The notes beneath the pieces are model-generated. The model had not been told where the DNA came from, ran no database searches, and saw nothing but the letters and a program-made list of their open reading frames with translations. Of a stretch of DNA of 64,000 nt, positions 48,464 to 57,996 are shown one piece after another. This DNA comes from Candidatus Saccharimonadales bacterium (lineage in GTDB: Bacteria > Patescibacteriota > Saccharimonadia > Saccharimonadales > Saccharimonadaceae), in assembly GCA_039916485.1 (NCBI GenBank), contig JBDSLH010000007.1, positions 1,832 to 65,831 on the forward strand. Direction: 5' to 3'. A program made the position numbers and the translations under genes. Numbering within the stretch: position 1 is the stretch's first letter; every line of letters starts with the position of its first letter.

Positions 48464-50173
48464 ATGAAACGATTTTCACAAACCTTAAGGATAGGGCTTG
48501 CGCTCTTTTTGGCTGTCTTTGGCACCAGTGCAATCCCATCAGCGGCGGCGTATGCGTTAGAGGATGCTGGGACTACAACCGAAGTACAATCTGTAGAAAC
48601 ACCACAACCAACGGTTGCTGAAGTACAAACCCCACCACCGGCAGTCGTCGATGAGGCTCCCCTACCAGTAGAACCCCCAGTTCTACCTCTTAAAGATGAT
48701 GCTCTTGAATCTTCAAAATTACAAGAACCAGAACAACAGCTGGTCGAGGAACAAACATATGCTCCACAAAATCTACGCGAGGTTCAGTTAGAAATTTTGC
48801 CTTCCATAGCAGCAACACAGCCGATTTCTGCTAAAGCACTCACAGACCACGACTGCAACGAAACAGAATGGCATTTTGTTATCAATCAGATTGATTCCGA
48901 AGTAAATGCCCCTGCATTTATCACAGTTAATTTCTCGAATGGTAACACGGTGGTCGTAGCTAAAAACAAGTTTACCGGAGGAGTTGCTCACTATACAACA
49001 ACAAGCAACTTGAGTAGTACGGTAGAAAGCGCAACTACAACTATTTATAGTTCCTGGAGTGGTCAGTTTAACCTCTCACATGGCCCTTGTAACGAGCCCG
49101 AGGAGAATACAGTCCCTATCCCTGCTGCTCCAGAACCAGCAGCTGCAACCTGTGAAGTTAACGGCTCGCTGACTCTACCTGCGGATACTGCTGACATTAA
49201 ATGGACAATCAGTCCCGCATATACGGGCCCTGGCACCTATGATGTAACTGCAACTGCTCAAAACGGTAAGACCTTTGCGGGTACAAACGGTAACACGACA
49301 GTCACGTTCGAAGATATTGTTGTGCAATCAAAACTCTCAGGTGAGCAATGCCCACCGCCTCCATTTGAATGTTCCGAGGGCACAGAATGGGTAGATATCA
49401 ATAAAGACGAACAACAGACTGAAGACGAATGCTTTGAACCAACAGAGGGTATCTGTCACGCACTTGGTCAGGAGAACAAAGATACTTACATCTTCATCGA
49501 AAAAATCTCTCCTGCAGGTATCTTCAATGGACACCTCGGTGAAGGTCATCAGAGCGGTGAGGATATAATTCCTCCATTCACTTACAAAGGTGTAACTTAT
49601 AGCCAGAACTGGGATACAGTTGGTCAAACTCTCTTCAATAACGGATGTGTTGTTAAAGAAGTAACCCCAGCCGAGCCTACATTCGTTAATCCAACCTGTG
49701 AAGCCGCATTTGGGCGCGTAATCATTCCTATTAAAGTAGGGGTTGTCTACAAGATAAACGGCATTGAAAGATCTGCTGGTAGTTATAGCTACTCTGCCAA
49801 CACAACAGTAGTCGTTACAGCTGAAGCTATGAACGCTGCATACACTTTAGATCCTGAAGCTGTCGCATCATGGGAGTACGATTTTGATGCTGCACCCGTA
49901 AATTGTACCTTAGGTGATACAGATGTATGTCCAAACCTACAAGGATCTCAAGTCGTTGTACCGACTGGCTATGTACGAGATGCTATGACTGGTAATTGTA
50001 CACAACCTCAAGTTCTCGCCGCAATTACAGTTACGCCAGCTCAACAACAAGTCTTACCTGCTTCGTTACCTGCAACAGGAGCATCGGATACAAGCAATAT
50101 CTATCTTATTCTCGGCATGGCGTTCAGTGCGCTCACCTACTTTGCAATGCTTCGTCGCTACCAAGAAGCTTAG
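48464..50173 (+). CDS. Large secreted cell-surface protein with internal CH..GH..H..DIIPPF module and LPATG sorting signal
   Basis: The N-terminus MKRFSQTLRIGLALFLAV is paralogous to MNRLSQTFKVGLALLFAV of the previous gene. Pro-rich linker. C-terminus LPASLPATGASDTSNIYLILGMAFSALTYFAMLRR. The ORF-track start is 48443. Confidence 0.8.
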   Translation: MKRFSQTLRIGLALFLAVFGTSAIPSAAAYALEDAGTTTEVQSVETPQPTVAEVQTPPPAVVDEAPLPVEPPVLPLKDDALESSKLQEPEQQLVEEQTYAPQNLREVQLEILPSIAATQPISAKALTDHDCNETEWHFVINQIDSEVNAPAFITVNFSNGNTVVVAKNKFTGGVAHYTTTSNLSSTVESATTTIYSSWSGQFNLSHGPCNEPEENTVPIPAAPEPAAATCEVNGSLTLPADTADIKWTISPAYTGPGTYDVTATAQNGKTFAGTNGNTTVTFEDIVVQSKLSGEQCPPPPFECSEGTEWVDINKDEQQTEDECFEPTEGICHALGQENKDTYIFIEKISPAGIFNGHLGEGHQSGEDIIPPFTYKGVTYSQNWDTVGQTLFNNGCVVKEVTPAEPTFVNPTCEAAFGRVIIPIKVGVVYKINGIERSAGSYSYSANTTVVVTAEAMNAAYTLDPEAVASWEYDFDAAPVNCTLGDTDVCPNLQGSQVVVPTGYVRDAMTGNCTQPQVLAAITVTPAQQQVLPASLPATGASDTSNIYLILGMAFSALTYFAMLRRYQEA

Positions 50174-50185
50174 ATATCAATATAC

Positions 50186-50214
50186 TTGACATAAGAACTA
50201 TTCTGTGTTATTAT
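50186..50214 (+). promoter_or_regulatory. Promoter (TTGACA-17-TATTAT with TG extension)
   Basis: Hexamers at 50186-50191 and 50209-50214. SD AAAGGAG before the ATG at 50245. Confidence 0.55.
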
Positions 50215-50244
50215 TGATTGATAAATATAGGTAAAGGAGTTTAC

Positions 50245-51333
50245 ATGAAACGATTACTACGTGCTTTGGTCATCAGTCTCGCGCTTGTTACATCAAGTTT
50301 TGCAAGTATTGTGCCGCTAGCAACAACCCCAGTTAGTGCAGCTACAGTTACAGATTGTAGCGACAACGCTGTCGTTAACTGTGGTGTGCATACAGTGAAC
50401 GAACTACAAAGTTCATACAAAGGTGACGTCAAAGCAGTATATAACCACATGGGTATTACCGATGGAATGGTTAGTGGCACTGCAAACATCAAAGAAGGTG
50501 TAGTCACCAAATCAGGCGATGTACTCGTCGGCGGTAAAGTTATTGCAACTGATGCTATTAGCGTCGGTCGTACTAACAAACCAGGTAGCACAGCATTTAC
50601 TGCTGGTGGAACAACATTCTACCAACGATCAACATCTAGCACATTCACAAGCTCACAGCTTGATGCATATGTCATGGTTGATAACACAGGTAAATTCCTC
50701 GGCGCAGTCATCAAGTCTTGTGGTAACCCAGTCAAAGCTACTCCAGTTGTCGTGAAAGTCCCTGCAGCTGCTTGTACTGCTGTCACAGCACACAAATTGA
50801 CTCGTACTACCTACCGCTTTACTGGTACTGCAACGGTAAAAGATGGCGCTACTATATCTGCATACGTATTTGCAGTAAAAGGACCATCTGCTACTAACTC
50901 ATACACTGTTGCCTCTACGACTACTACCGCTACAACTCCTACGGTAACCGTCACTGCAGCAGGTACATATACAGTTACGTTGACAGTTAAAACATCCCTT
51001 GGCGACAAGACTGGTGCAAACTGTGCAACAACCTTCACTGTTGAAAAAGAAAAGACTCCTGAGACACCTGCACCTGTAAAGACTGTTGTTTGTAACCCTG
51101 CTACAGGCCAGACAATCACGGTCGAGGAAAAAGATGCAAAGAACTACAAGCCAGTTGGTGATGTCGCTTGTCAGCCAAAGGTTGAATCAGCAAAAACTGA
51201 AAAAGTAGAAGTCATTGCAAGCACAGGCCCTGGTGAAATCCTCGGTGGTGTTGCTGGACTTGGTTCCCTAACAGCTGCTGGTTATTACCTACGCGCAAGT
51301 CGTCAACGACTTATCAATACGCTCAAAAAATAA
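50245..51333 (+). CDS. Secreted cell-surface protein with Ig/PKD-like repeat and IASTG sorting signal
   Basis: Signal peptide ...TTPVSAA. Thr-rich beta domain. C-terminus VEVIASTGPGEILGGVAGLGSLTAAGYYLRASRQR. The ORF-track start is 50218. Confidence 0.8.
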   Translation: MKRLLRALVISLALVTSSFASIVPLATTPVSAATVTDCSDNAVVNCGVHTVNELQSSYKGDVKAVYNHMGITDGMVSGTANIKEGVVTKSGDVLVGGKVIATDAISVGRTNKPGSTAFTAGGTTFYQRSTSSTFTSSQLDAYVMVDNTGKFLGAVIKSCGNPVKATPVVVKVPAAACTAVTAHKLTRTTYRFTGTATVKDGATISAYVFAVKGPSATNSYTVASTTTTATTPTVTVTAAGTYTVTLTVKTSLGDKTGANCATTFTVEKEKTPETPAPVKTVVCNPATGQTITVEEKDAKNYKPVGDVACQPKVESAKTEKVEVIASTGPGEILGGVAGLGSLTAAGYYLRASRQRLINTLKK

Positions 51334-51364
51334 TCAGTAATCAATCCGTTCGGGTTTCGCGAGT

Positions 51365-53476
51365 CTACTTTGTAGGCAAGCGGAACCCGAATTCGCTTCC
51401 TTCGCCTTCTTTGCTCTCAAATATAATTTCGCCACCATGTGCTACAACAACACGTTTTGCCATGAATAGGCCGATTCCCGTTCCATCTGGACGGGCTTTT
51501 TTTGCGTTATCGGCACGGAAGAATTTTGAGAACAATCGTCTGCGTGCTTGAGCCGGGACACCGATTCCATTATCTTTAACGCGGAATAATATTTCATCCC
51601 GCTGCGTTTCGAGAACTAATAGTATTTCTCCACCCTCTGGTTTAGCATAAAAGATAGCATTGTCGATAAAATTCATCATTACCTGACGTATCTTTGTTTC
51701 GTCTATATTGAGTAATGGAAAGTTAGCTGGTTCGTCGTAGAGTAATGTTACATGTCGAGCTTTGGCAGACTGACGTAACTGTGTTATTTCTTCTCTTAGT
51801 AGCAGCGGTAAAGACACAACGGCTCGCTCCAGCTCGAATTTGCCTGTCTGCATACGTGATAAATTCAAAAAATCTCCGATGAGATATACCATCCGTTGAG
51901 ACGAATCGAATGCTTCCTCTAACGCCTTTCGCTGCTCAGGCTTGATCTCCCCAAGATCTTCATCAAGAAGCATACTAATATACCCTTTAATGCTCGTCAA
52001 TGGTGTCCTAAGTTGATGCGACGCCATAGAGATAAACTCATCCTTGCTTGCATCGAGTTGACGTAATTTTTTATTTGTTTCGCGCATTTCTTTCGTAGCA
52101 TCACTGACTCGGTCCTGGAGTGTTCTGTTAAATTCTTGAATTTGTTCAAGCTGCAACGAATTTTCTAATGCAATCGCAATTTCGTCTGCAGCGATGTTTA
52201 AAAGAGTGACATCCTTTAAAATATACGCATCCCCACTACGCTTTGGCCCTAACACCAACCATCCTAGATGTCTTGTTTGAAGCCGGATATCGACAATAAC
52301 TTCAAACCCTTGTTTACGCATCCACGCAATATCTATGTCGGTATTTTCATCTGTATCAAGTGATACGACATTGCTCTTTCTACTTTTAAAGAACTCGGAT
52401 AATGTACTGGCTTGCGAGTCTTCAAATAAAATTAATTCTGCTTTGTCGGTGAGAAGTGTGTTTCTTAGTAATTTAGCTACACGAGCTGCAATATCCCGAC
52501 GAAGCTTTGCTCTTAGCAAAATATCTCCCAAAATATCAAGTATGTTTTGAATCTCATATTCATTTTTGAAAAAAATTTGTTTCGTGATAGTATCGAAAGA
52601 TTTCCGAATTGGAGAATACACCAAAATAGCTATAGCTGTCATAGAGGCATAAAATATCTCGATGTTTACAGGAAATCTAAAAACGTCGACTAAAATTTGC
52701 CGTGTAGCAAGAACGCACAGCATATAGAGGCCGACTATACACCCTAATGTAAAAACATAGCCCAATGCCCTGGTTGCAAATCTTCGCACCTCGAACAACC
52801 TATACCTTCTCATTGCATACAAAAAACTAAATGCATATATAAATGAACTTGTCGGACCAGCCCATAAGAGCGTCCCTACTCCAAGTACGGGTAAAAATAA
52901 ATTAGTAATAAACGCTACAAAGCTACTGAGCAAAATACCTCTAAATGCAAATTGCGCTTGAGGTTTCCTTTCTTCAGGTAAGCGTTTTATTTTTTGGGAA
53001 AACGTCTGCGAGAAAACACGCGAAAACGCGGCGAAGTAGCCTGCATATATACAATATAAAACTGGTGCAACAGATGGCTCGTAGATCACGGTATTTATCT
53101 GACTACCCAAAATAATTCTGTCAGCACATAACGCCACAATAGTTGTCGAGGCTAGCCAAGCAACCGTAAGAGTCTTGCGCTGTGAAATACTCAAAACTCT
53201 GTTGCTAAAAGGGAAATTATCGGCGAACCAGATAAGCCAGTACATTATGGCCATTGGAGCCAGAAGAAACAAATATTTTCCTACGCCACCATATTCATGT
53301 ATCGGAAAAAGAAGTACCAATAGTGCCCCTATAGCCCATAAATTTGCAAGTAGCGCTGCAATGATAGATGCTCTGACAGATTTTTTAAATTCTCCGCCGA
53401 CTTTTGAGAGTAGCAATGCCATAACAAAATTAAGGCTAACTGTTGCAATAGTAATATAAAGAATACTATCTTTCAT
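51365..53476 (-). CDS. Sensor histidine kinase with large polytopic membrane N-domain
   Basis: About 8 TM helices. H-box SMASHQLRTPLTSIKGY, N-box NFIDNAIFYAKP, G-boxes DNGIGVP and GTGIGLFMAKRVV. Confidence 0.9.
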   Translation of the reverse strand: MKDSILYITIATVSLNFVMALLLSKVGGEFKKSVRASIIAALLANLWAIGALLVLLFPIHEYGGVGKYLFLLAPMAIMYWLIWFADNFPFSNRVLSISQRKTLTVAWLASTTIVALCADRIILGSQINTVIYEPSVAPVLYCIYAGYFAAFSRVFSQTFSQKIKRLPEERKPQAQFAFRGILLSSFVAFITNLFLPVLGVGTLLWAGPTSSFIYAFSFLYAMRRYRLFEVRRFATRALGYVFTLGCIVGLYMLCVLATRQILVDVFRFPVNIEIFYASMTAIAILVYSPIRKSFDTITKQIFFKNEYEIQNILDILGDILLRAKLRRDIAARVAKLLRNTLLTDKAELILFEDSQASTLSEFFKSRKSNVVSLDTDENTDIDIAWMRKQGFEVIVDIRLQTRHLGWLVLGPKRSGDAYILKDVTLLNIAADEIAIALENSLQLEQIQEFNRTLQDRVSDATKEMRETNKKLRQLDASKDEFISMASHQLRTPLTSIKGYISMLLDEDLGEIKPEQRKALEEAFDSSQRMVYLIGDFLNLSRMQTGKFELERAVVSLPLLLREEITQLRQSAKARHVTLLYDEPANFPLLNIDETKIRQVMMNFIDNAIFYAKPEGGEILLVLETQRDEILFRVKDNGIGVPAQARRRLFSKFFRADNAKKARPDGTGIGLFMAKRVVVAHGGEIIFESKEGEGSEFGFRLPTK

Positions 53477-54740
53477 GCTTTTCGTTCTGCATGTCGACTA
53501 TAACGCCTGCATTTTGCCATTCAGCACGATCAATACCAACCTGGTCCATCAATGATCCGACGCTGAGTGCTGCTTGAGGAGTTACGGGATGAACAATCGC
53601 TCGAGAAAAATCTTTAGTGTGCCAGATCGTTGCTAGTTCTGCTTCGCAACCCCATATATCAGACGAAGTGTGGAGGCCATTGTCACCATATCTAAATGCA
53701 CTTTTTCTTTTGTATAGTTTATCGAGGCCTCGCCCAACAACCCACACAACCTTGCCTCCTTGAGCCTCTACCTCATCACGGGAAAAACTACCAGGCTGAC
53801 TATCATCAATTATTATCTTTCCACGCAAATCCCACTCATCTTTAATTTTAATAGTGCTCGTAATCGCAGAAACAATAATCGATGATGAGCGGATTACATC
53901 TTCATTGGATAGGGCGGCTTCGGCTCTGTCACCATATTTTCTGTTCAATTCTTTTACTACATTCCGCAGTATATGTGGACGAGTGTCGAAGATAAGAACT
54001 TTTATATTTTTATATCTATCGAGTAGCAATGCAGCGCTAGACGCACCTATAGATCCAGCTCCAATAATCCCTGTGGTCTCACCGTTATAGTCTTGCTCTT
54101 GTAATTCCTTATACATTTTATAGATAAGATATACAGTTCCACCGTGTCCAGTCGTAGTAGCTAAACCATGTGCTGCCATGTCGGCACCAAATCTAGTAAT
54201 TTTTGGTAATGTGGCTCCAAGTCCAACCAAATCCGGCTGTAGCTGGTCATGGATGTATTTGGAAGTTAGCCGAATAATGCGACGCACCCGCAGATATGCT
54301 CGGAACCGTGGGCGTATGTCACTTAATATATCTTGCATAAGCGGGACGAACACTATTGCGCCTACTATATTCTCATTAGCATCGTAATACTCGTCTAACA
54401 CACAAGGGGGCATTTCTGACAAAAATATCTGTGCGATTTCTGTCGGAACATAATTAACTAGTGGTAAAAAATGTTGCGCCTCACTGGTATCACATCCCTC
54501 CGCTCTTGTGATACGCGTGGGAATTGCAAAGACAAATCCATATTTACGGGGTGAGCTTCGCCGCTGATAGTCAGCAAATGCTGCGTCAATAAAGTCTTTA
54601 CTAGCACGTAAAGCATCAGCGTTAACGTCTAGTTTTGCAAGCTGGTCAAGTCGTTGTGAAACGATAGTATAATCAAAGCGTCCATATACCGGCTTCCATA
54701 GCCGCGTTTGAGATAAATCATGTATTTTTTGATTTTTCAT
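53466..54740 (-). CDS. NAD(P)-binding dehydrogenase of the acyl-ACP-reductase-like / COG5322-like family
   Basis: Rossmann GIIGAGSIGASSAALLL. Overall block order (…LGA…TTGHGGT…GxGxxG…IIDDSQPG…W.CEAE…) resembles cyanobacterial acyl-ACP reductase as I recall it. 11-nt overlap with the kinase gene. Confidence 0.5.
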   Translation of the reverse strand: MKNQKIHDLSQTRLWKPVYGRFDYTIVSQRLDQLAKLDVNADALRASKDFIDAAFADYQRRSSPRKYGFVFAIPTRITRAEGCDTSEAQHFLPLVNYVPTEIAQIFLSEMPPCVLDEYYDANENIVGAIVFVPLMQDILSDIRPRFRAYLRVRRIIRLTSKYIHDQLQPDLVGLGATLPKITRFGADMAAHGLATTTGHGGTVYLIYKMYKELQEQDYNGETTGIIGAGSIGASSAALLLDRYKNIKVLIFDTRPHILRNVVKELNRKYGDRAEAALSNEDVIRSSSIIVSAITSTIKIKDEWDLRGKIIIDDSQPGSFSRDEVEAQGGKVVWVVGRGLDKLYKRKSAFRYGDNGLHTSSDIWGCEAELATIWHTKDFSRAIVHPVTPQAALSVGSLMDQVGIDRAEWQNAGVIVDMQNEKHER

Positions 54741-54825
54741 TCTTTTATATCTAAATCTTATTGTAAGTATAGCATTAAGCGATTAGAATTCTATACATTA
54801 CTAGAGACAAAAAGAATGGATTAAT

Positions 54826-55425
54826 TTGCTAGCCAATTTCGTTATATATTTCATAGAACTGCTCATGACTACACTAGTCAAAACATGGTTACTTATTACT
54901 CGTCGACTGACCACTATCTCGTCACCTAAAACTAAACTTAGTATCAATAAGCGATATGTATATGTTGCTAATCACGCAAGTTATCTTGATCCAATAGTAC
55001 TCTGGTCGGTACTTACCTTCAGACAGCGACTGAATGGGGCTCCTACAAAAGTTATGACAGCGTCATATGTTTACTTCAGCTTCTTGCGCCCACTTATTTG
55101 GCTGCTCGGTGCATATCCTGCAAAAAAACGTGAAGGACAGCGTGTACACGCTGGTATAGAGGGATCACTTTATTATTTACACCATGGATACAACATATGT
55201 ATTTTTCCCGAAGGAAAGCGTTCTCTTGAGTCAGAACAACGAGCGTTCAATGGCGTCAGTCGCATACTTGCAGAAGTAGATGAATACGAGATGATACTTA
55301 TTCGCATTATCTGGCAACCAGGTCCCTGGTGGAAGCGTACACTTGAGCTACGTGCCGAGATAGCACCTGATGATCTCAATCACCATGACCCGCAGGCGAT
55401 CATGAAATACATATATACTATGTAA
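54826..55425 (+). CDS. 1-acyl-sn-glycerol-3-phosphate acyltransferase family (PlsC-like)
   Basis: HX4D block VANHASYLDP and FPEGKRS block. Start codon uncertain. Confidence 0.8.
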   Translation: MLANFVIYFIELLMTTLVKTWLLITRRLTTISSPKTKLSINKRYVYVANHASYLDPIVLWSVLTFRQRLNGAPTKVMTASYVYFSFLRPLIWLLGAYPAKKREGQRVHAGIEGSLYYLHHGYNICIFPEGKRSLESEQRAFNGVSRILAEVDEYEMILIRIIWQPGPWWKRTLELRAEIAPDDLNHHDPQAIMKYIYTM

Positions 55426-55457
55426 CTTTTAATGATAATCACGCTATACTAAATACC

Positions 55458-55829
55458 ATGACAACACTTGCAATCATAGAAGACGACCAAGTAATCTCAC
55501 AAATGTACCGAATGAAATTTGAATCAGATGGATTTATCGTCCACGTGGCTCACAATGGCCAAGACGGGGTAACGCTTGTCGAACAAGTAAACCCGGATTT
55601 AATTTTGCTAGACATGCAAATGCCTGGTATGAACGGTGATGAAGCCCTCGGTGAAATCCGAAAGCACGACTGGGGTAAGCATATCCCCGTCATCGTCCTG
55701 ACCAATCTTGGCGAAGAAGAAGCACCCAAGCACTTACGTAGTCTTGGTATAGAAGGTTACATGGTCAAGGCCGATCTCACTCCTCGACAAGTTGTCGACC
55801 GAGTCAAACACGTACTCAAGCTTGTATAA
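55458..55829 (+). CDS. Single-domain response regulator (CheY-like receiver only)
   Basis: IIEDD, phospho-acceptor LILLDMQMPGMNG, VIVLTN, conserved Lys in GYMVKA. No output domain. Confidence 0.9.
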   Translation: MTTLAIIEDDQVISQMYRMKFESDGFIVHVAHNGQDGVTLVEQVNPDLILLDMQMPGMNGDEALGEIRKHDWGKHIPVIVLTNLGEEEAPKHLRSLGIEGYMVKADLTPRQVVDRVKHVLKLV

Positions 55830-56628
55830 ATTTATGCGACGCTCGTATCACGTTATCAAATAAAGCAGCTACAGTTAGTGGACCCACTCCTCCTTTTTGA
55901 GGCGTAATCATAATATCATCGCGGTTATAAACCTCAGGATCGATGTCTCCAGCAATCTTACCACTTTCTGAAGCTGTTCCAGCGTCTATCACGATTGTGT
56001 CTGGACGAATCATATTAGACCGTATCAACCCAGGTACTCCAGCACCACTGACGATGAGTGTTGCCTTAGAACATGCATCTTCTAGATTGACTCCGTCTGC
56101 TTTATCAATGCCCTGTACGTTGTAGCCAGAATTTTGCCACATACGAGTCAACGGAGCACCCACTAGTCGTCCCTGACCTACTACTAAAATAGTTTGCTTG
56201 TGCATATCAATGTTATATCCGGCACACAACCAGTTAATCGCTAGCGCAGTCGCAGGATCATACTGGGTTTTGCTGCTTAAACCGTCAACATCTTTGCGAG
56301 CCGAGACTCGTTCTAATACTGTGTCTGTCAGTGTCTGATCAGCTAACGGCAGCTGTACAATTATGGCGTGGACAGTGGGGTCCTCATTGAGACGATCAAT
56401 TTCTGCAAGAATTTCGTCTTCGCTTGTCATAACATGTTCGACATCAATAAGCACATCTTCGCCGTATTGTTTTTTAAGTCGCACATATGTATTGATGACG
56501 GGGTCGTTATTTGTCTGAACAATAGCAAGTTTTGGATGTATATTATGGGCCTGACGCAATACGCGAACCTGCTTTGCTTGACGCACTTTAATATAACTCA
56601 CCAACTCTGATCCAGAAAGATATTTCAT
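55816..56628 (-). CDS. folD: Bifunctional methylenetetrahydrofolate dehydrogenase/cyclohydrolase
   Basis: VQLPLP-type VQLPLAD, VVGQGRLVGAPL, TPQKGGVGPLTVA. Start placed at MKYLSGSEL (the ORF-track start is 56700). Confidence 0.9.
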   Translation of the reverse strand: MKYLSGSELVSYIKVRQAKQVRVLRQAHNIHPKLAIVQTNNDPVINTYVRLKKQYGEDVLIDVEHVMTSEDEILAEIDRLNEDPTVHAIIVQLPLADQTLTDTVLERVSARKDVDGLSSKTQYDPATALAINWLCAGYNIDMHKQTILVVGQGRLVGAPLTRMWQNSGYNVQGIDKADGVNLEDACSKATLIVSGAGVPGLIRSNMIRPDTIVIDAGTASESGKIAGDIDPEVYNRDDIMITPQKGGVGPLTVAALFDNVIRASHKFIQA

Positions 56629-56659
56629 TGCTACCAGTGTAGCAGATATACTTGTATGT

Positions 56660-57343
56660 ATGATTATCGATCCATACCGGTGGCACACGGTGCGCGTCAC
56701 TCAAATTGCGCATGAATCTACAGATGCAGTATCCGTACAAACAGAGCGTCCTGCTGGTTATATATTTGAATCTGGGCAGCATGCGATTGTCCGCATCACA
56801 TTGCCCGATGGAACGCAGCGCCTGCGTCAGTATTCATTTGCCGGATCACCAGCTGCAAAATTAATCCAGTTTGTTATCACGCGTGCTCCACATGGAGAAG
56901 TGTCTTCTTGGTTTATAGACACGAGCAATACTGCCTCGCTCATAGAAATTTCTCAACCATTTACCGGGCCACTTCATCTGAACATAGATACCTATTCACA
57001 TGTTGGCATGATTGCCGGAGGAAGCGGTATAGCACCAATGTTGAGCTACATACATACGCTTCGAGAGCATCCGGATTCGCCTGCACGAACACTTTTGTAC
57101 ACAACACGATCAACGTCTCTATGCGCGGCCAATGTTCTCCAGGAGACAAAAGGAGAGACAATCCTCGTGAGACAGACCGATGTAGATGGCCGGCTCACTC
57201 ATGATGAAATTATCCGAGCACTTGGAGGTTGCGACCTGATCCTCGTATGTGGCTCTCGCCAGTTTGTAACGGAGCTTCATGCGCTCTGCACTCTACGACT
57301 ACCTGACGTCACCGTGCGTGCCGAAGCATTTAGCCTCAACTAG
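56660..57343 (+). CDS. Ferredoxin-NADP reductase-type FAD/NAD(P)-binding oxidoreductase
   Basis: RQYSF (RxYS FAD motif), GGSGIAPM (NAD(P) motif), LVCGSRQF. Confidence 0.75.
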   Translation: MIIDPYRWHTVRVTQIAHESTDAVSVQTERPAGYIFESGQHAIVRITLPDGTQRLRQYSFAGSPAAKLIQFVITRAPHGEVSSWFIDTSNTASLIEISQPFTGPLHLNIDTYSHVGMIAGGSGIAPMLSYIHTLREHPDSPARTLLYTTRSTSLCAANVLQETKGETILVRQTDVDGRLTHDEIIRALGGCDLILVCGSRQFVTELHALCTLRLPDVTVRAEAFSLN

Positions 57344-57402
57344 CATTGACCAAAAAAACTAGTTATATTATGCTTATGTCATTACTTCAAGAGGATCCAT
57401 CT

Positions 57403-57996
57403 ATGAATTGCACAAAAATATTTCTGACTGGTCTACTTTCTCTCAGCCTTGTAATCACTCCAGCACTACCCGTAGCTGCTGAAACTAATCGCTTACCAGA
57501 AGCTAGTGAAGCTCGTGGAGAGAACTCGCAAGCACCTCTCGAAAAGAAGCGACTTATTGCTTTGAAGCTTTCTAACAACAAAAAGAAAGTTTGCGAGAAG
57601 CGTTTTGGTACAATAAAAAAAATAATGCAAAATGCACATAAACGAGGTGCTCGACAACTAGATGTGTTTACAACAATTGCCGATAGGACAAAAGCCTTTT
57701 ACGAAGCGAAGCAGTACAGCGTCGCAAACTATGACGAGCTTGTCGCAACCGTCGAAGACAAGAAGCAAGCAGCAATAGTTGCAGTAGCCATGAGTAATGA
57801 AACAATTGATCAGTTCACTTGTGATGGTGACGATCCAATCTCAATTAAGGATCTGTTTAAAGCACAAATTCAAGATCAAAATACAGCACTTAAGGCATAC
57901 AAAACTACTATCAAAGATCTGATTGTTGCAGTAAAGTCATCCAAATCTCAAAATGCAACCGGTAGCTCTCCTAACGCTGATACGGAGGAGCGATAA
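57403..57996 (+). CDS. Secreted helical protein of unknown function
   Basis: Signal peptide MNCTKIFLTGLLSLSLVITPALPVAAE, then a Lys/Ala-rich helical region. The stop overlaps the next start (TAATG). Confidence 0.5.
   Translation: MNCTKIFLTGLLSLSLVITPALPVAAETNRLPEASEARGENSQAPLEKKRLIALKLSNNKKKVCEKRFGTIKKIMQNAHKRGARQLDVFTTIADRTKAFYEAKQYSVANYDELVATVEDKKQAAIVAVAMSNETIDQFTCDGDDPISIKDLFKAQIQDQNTALKAYKTTIKDLIVAVKSSKSQNATGSSPNADTEER

Noticed and set aside
45518-51333. Diversity-generating retroelement or phase-variation mechanism acting on the surface-protein cluster
   Set aside because: No reverse transcriptase gene, template/variable repeat pair, invertible-promoter inverted repeats or homopolymeric/SSR tracts were seen in or around the cluster.
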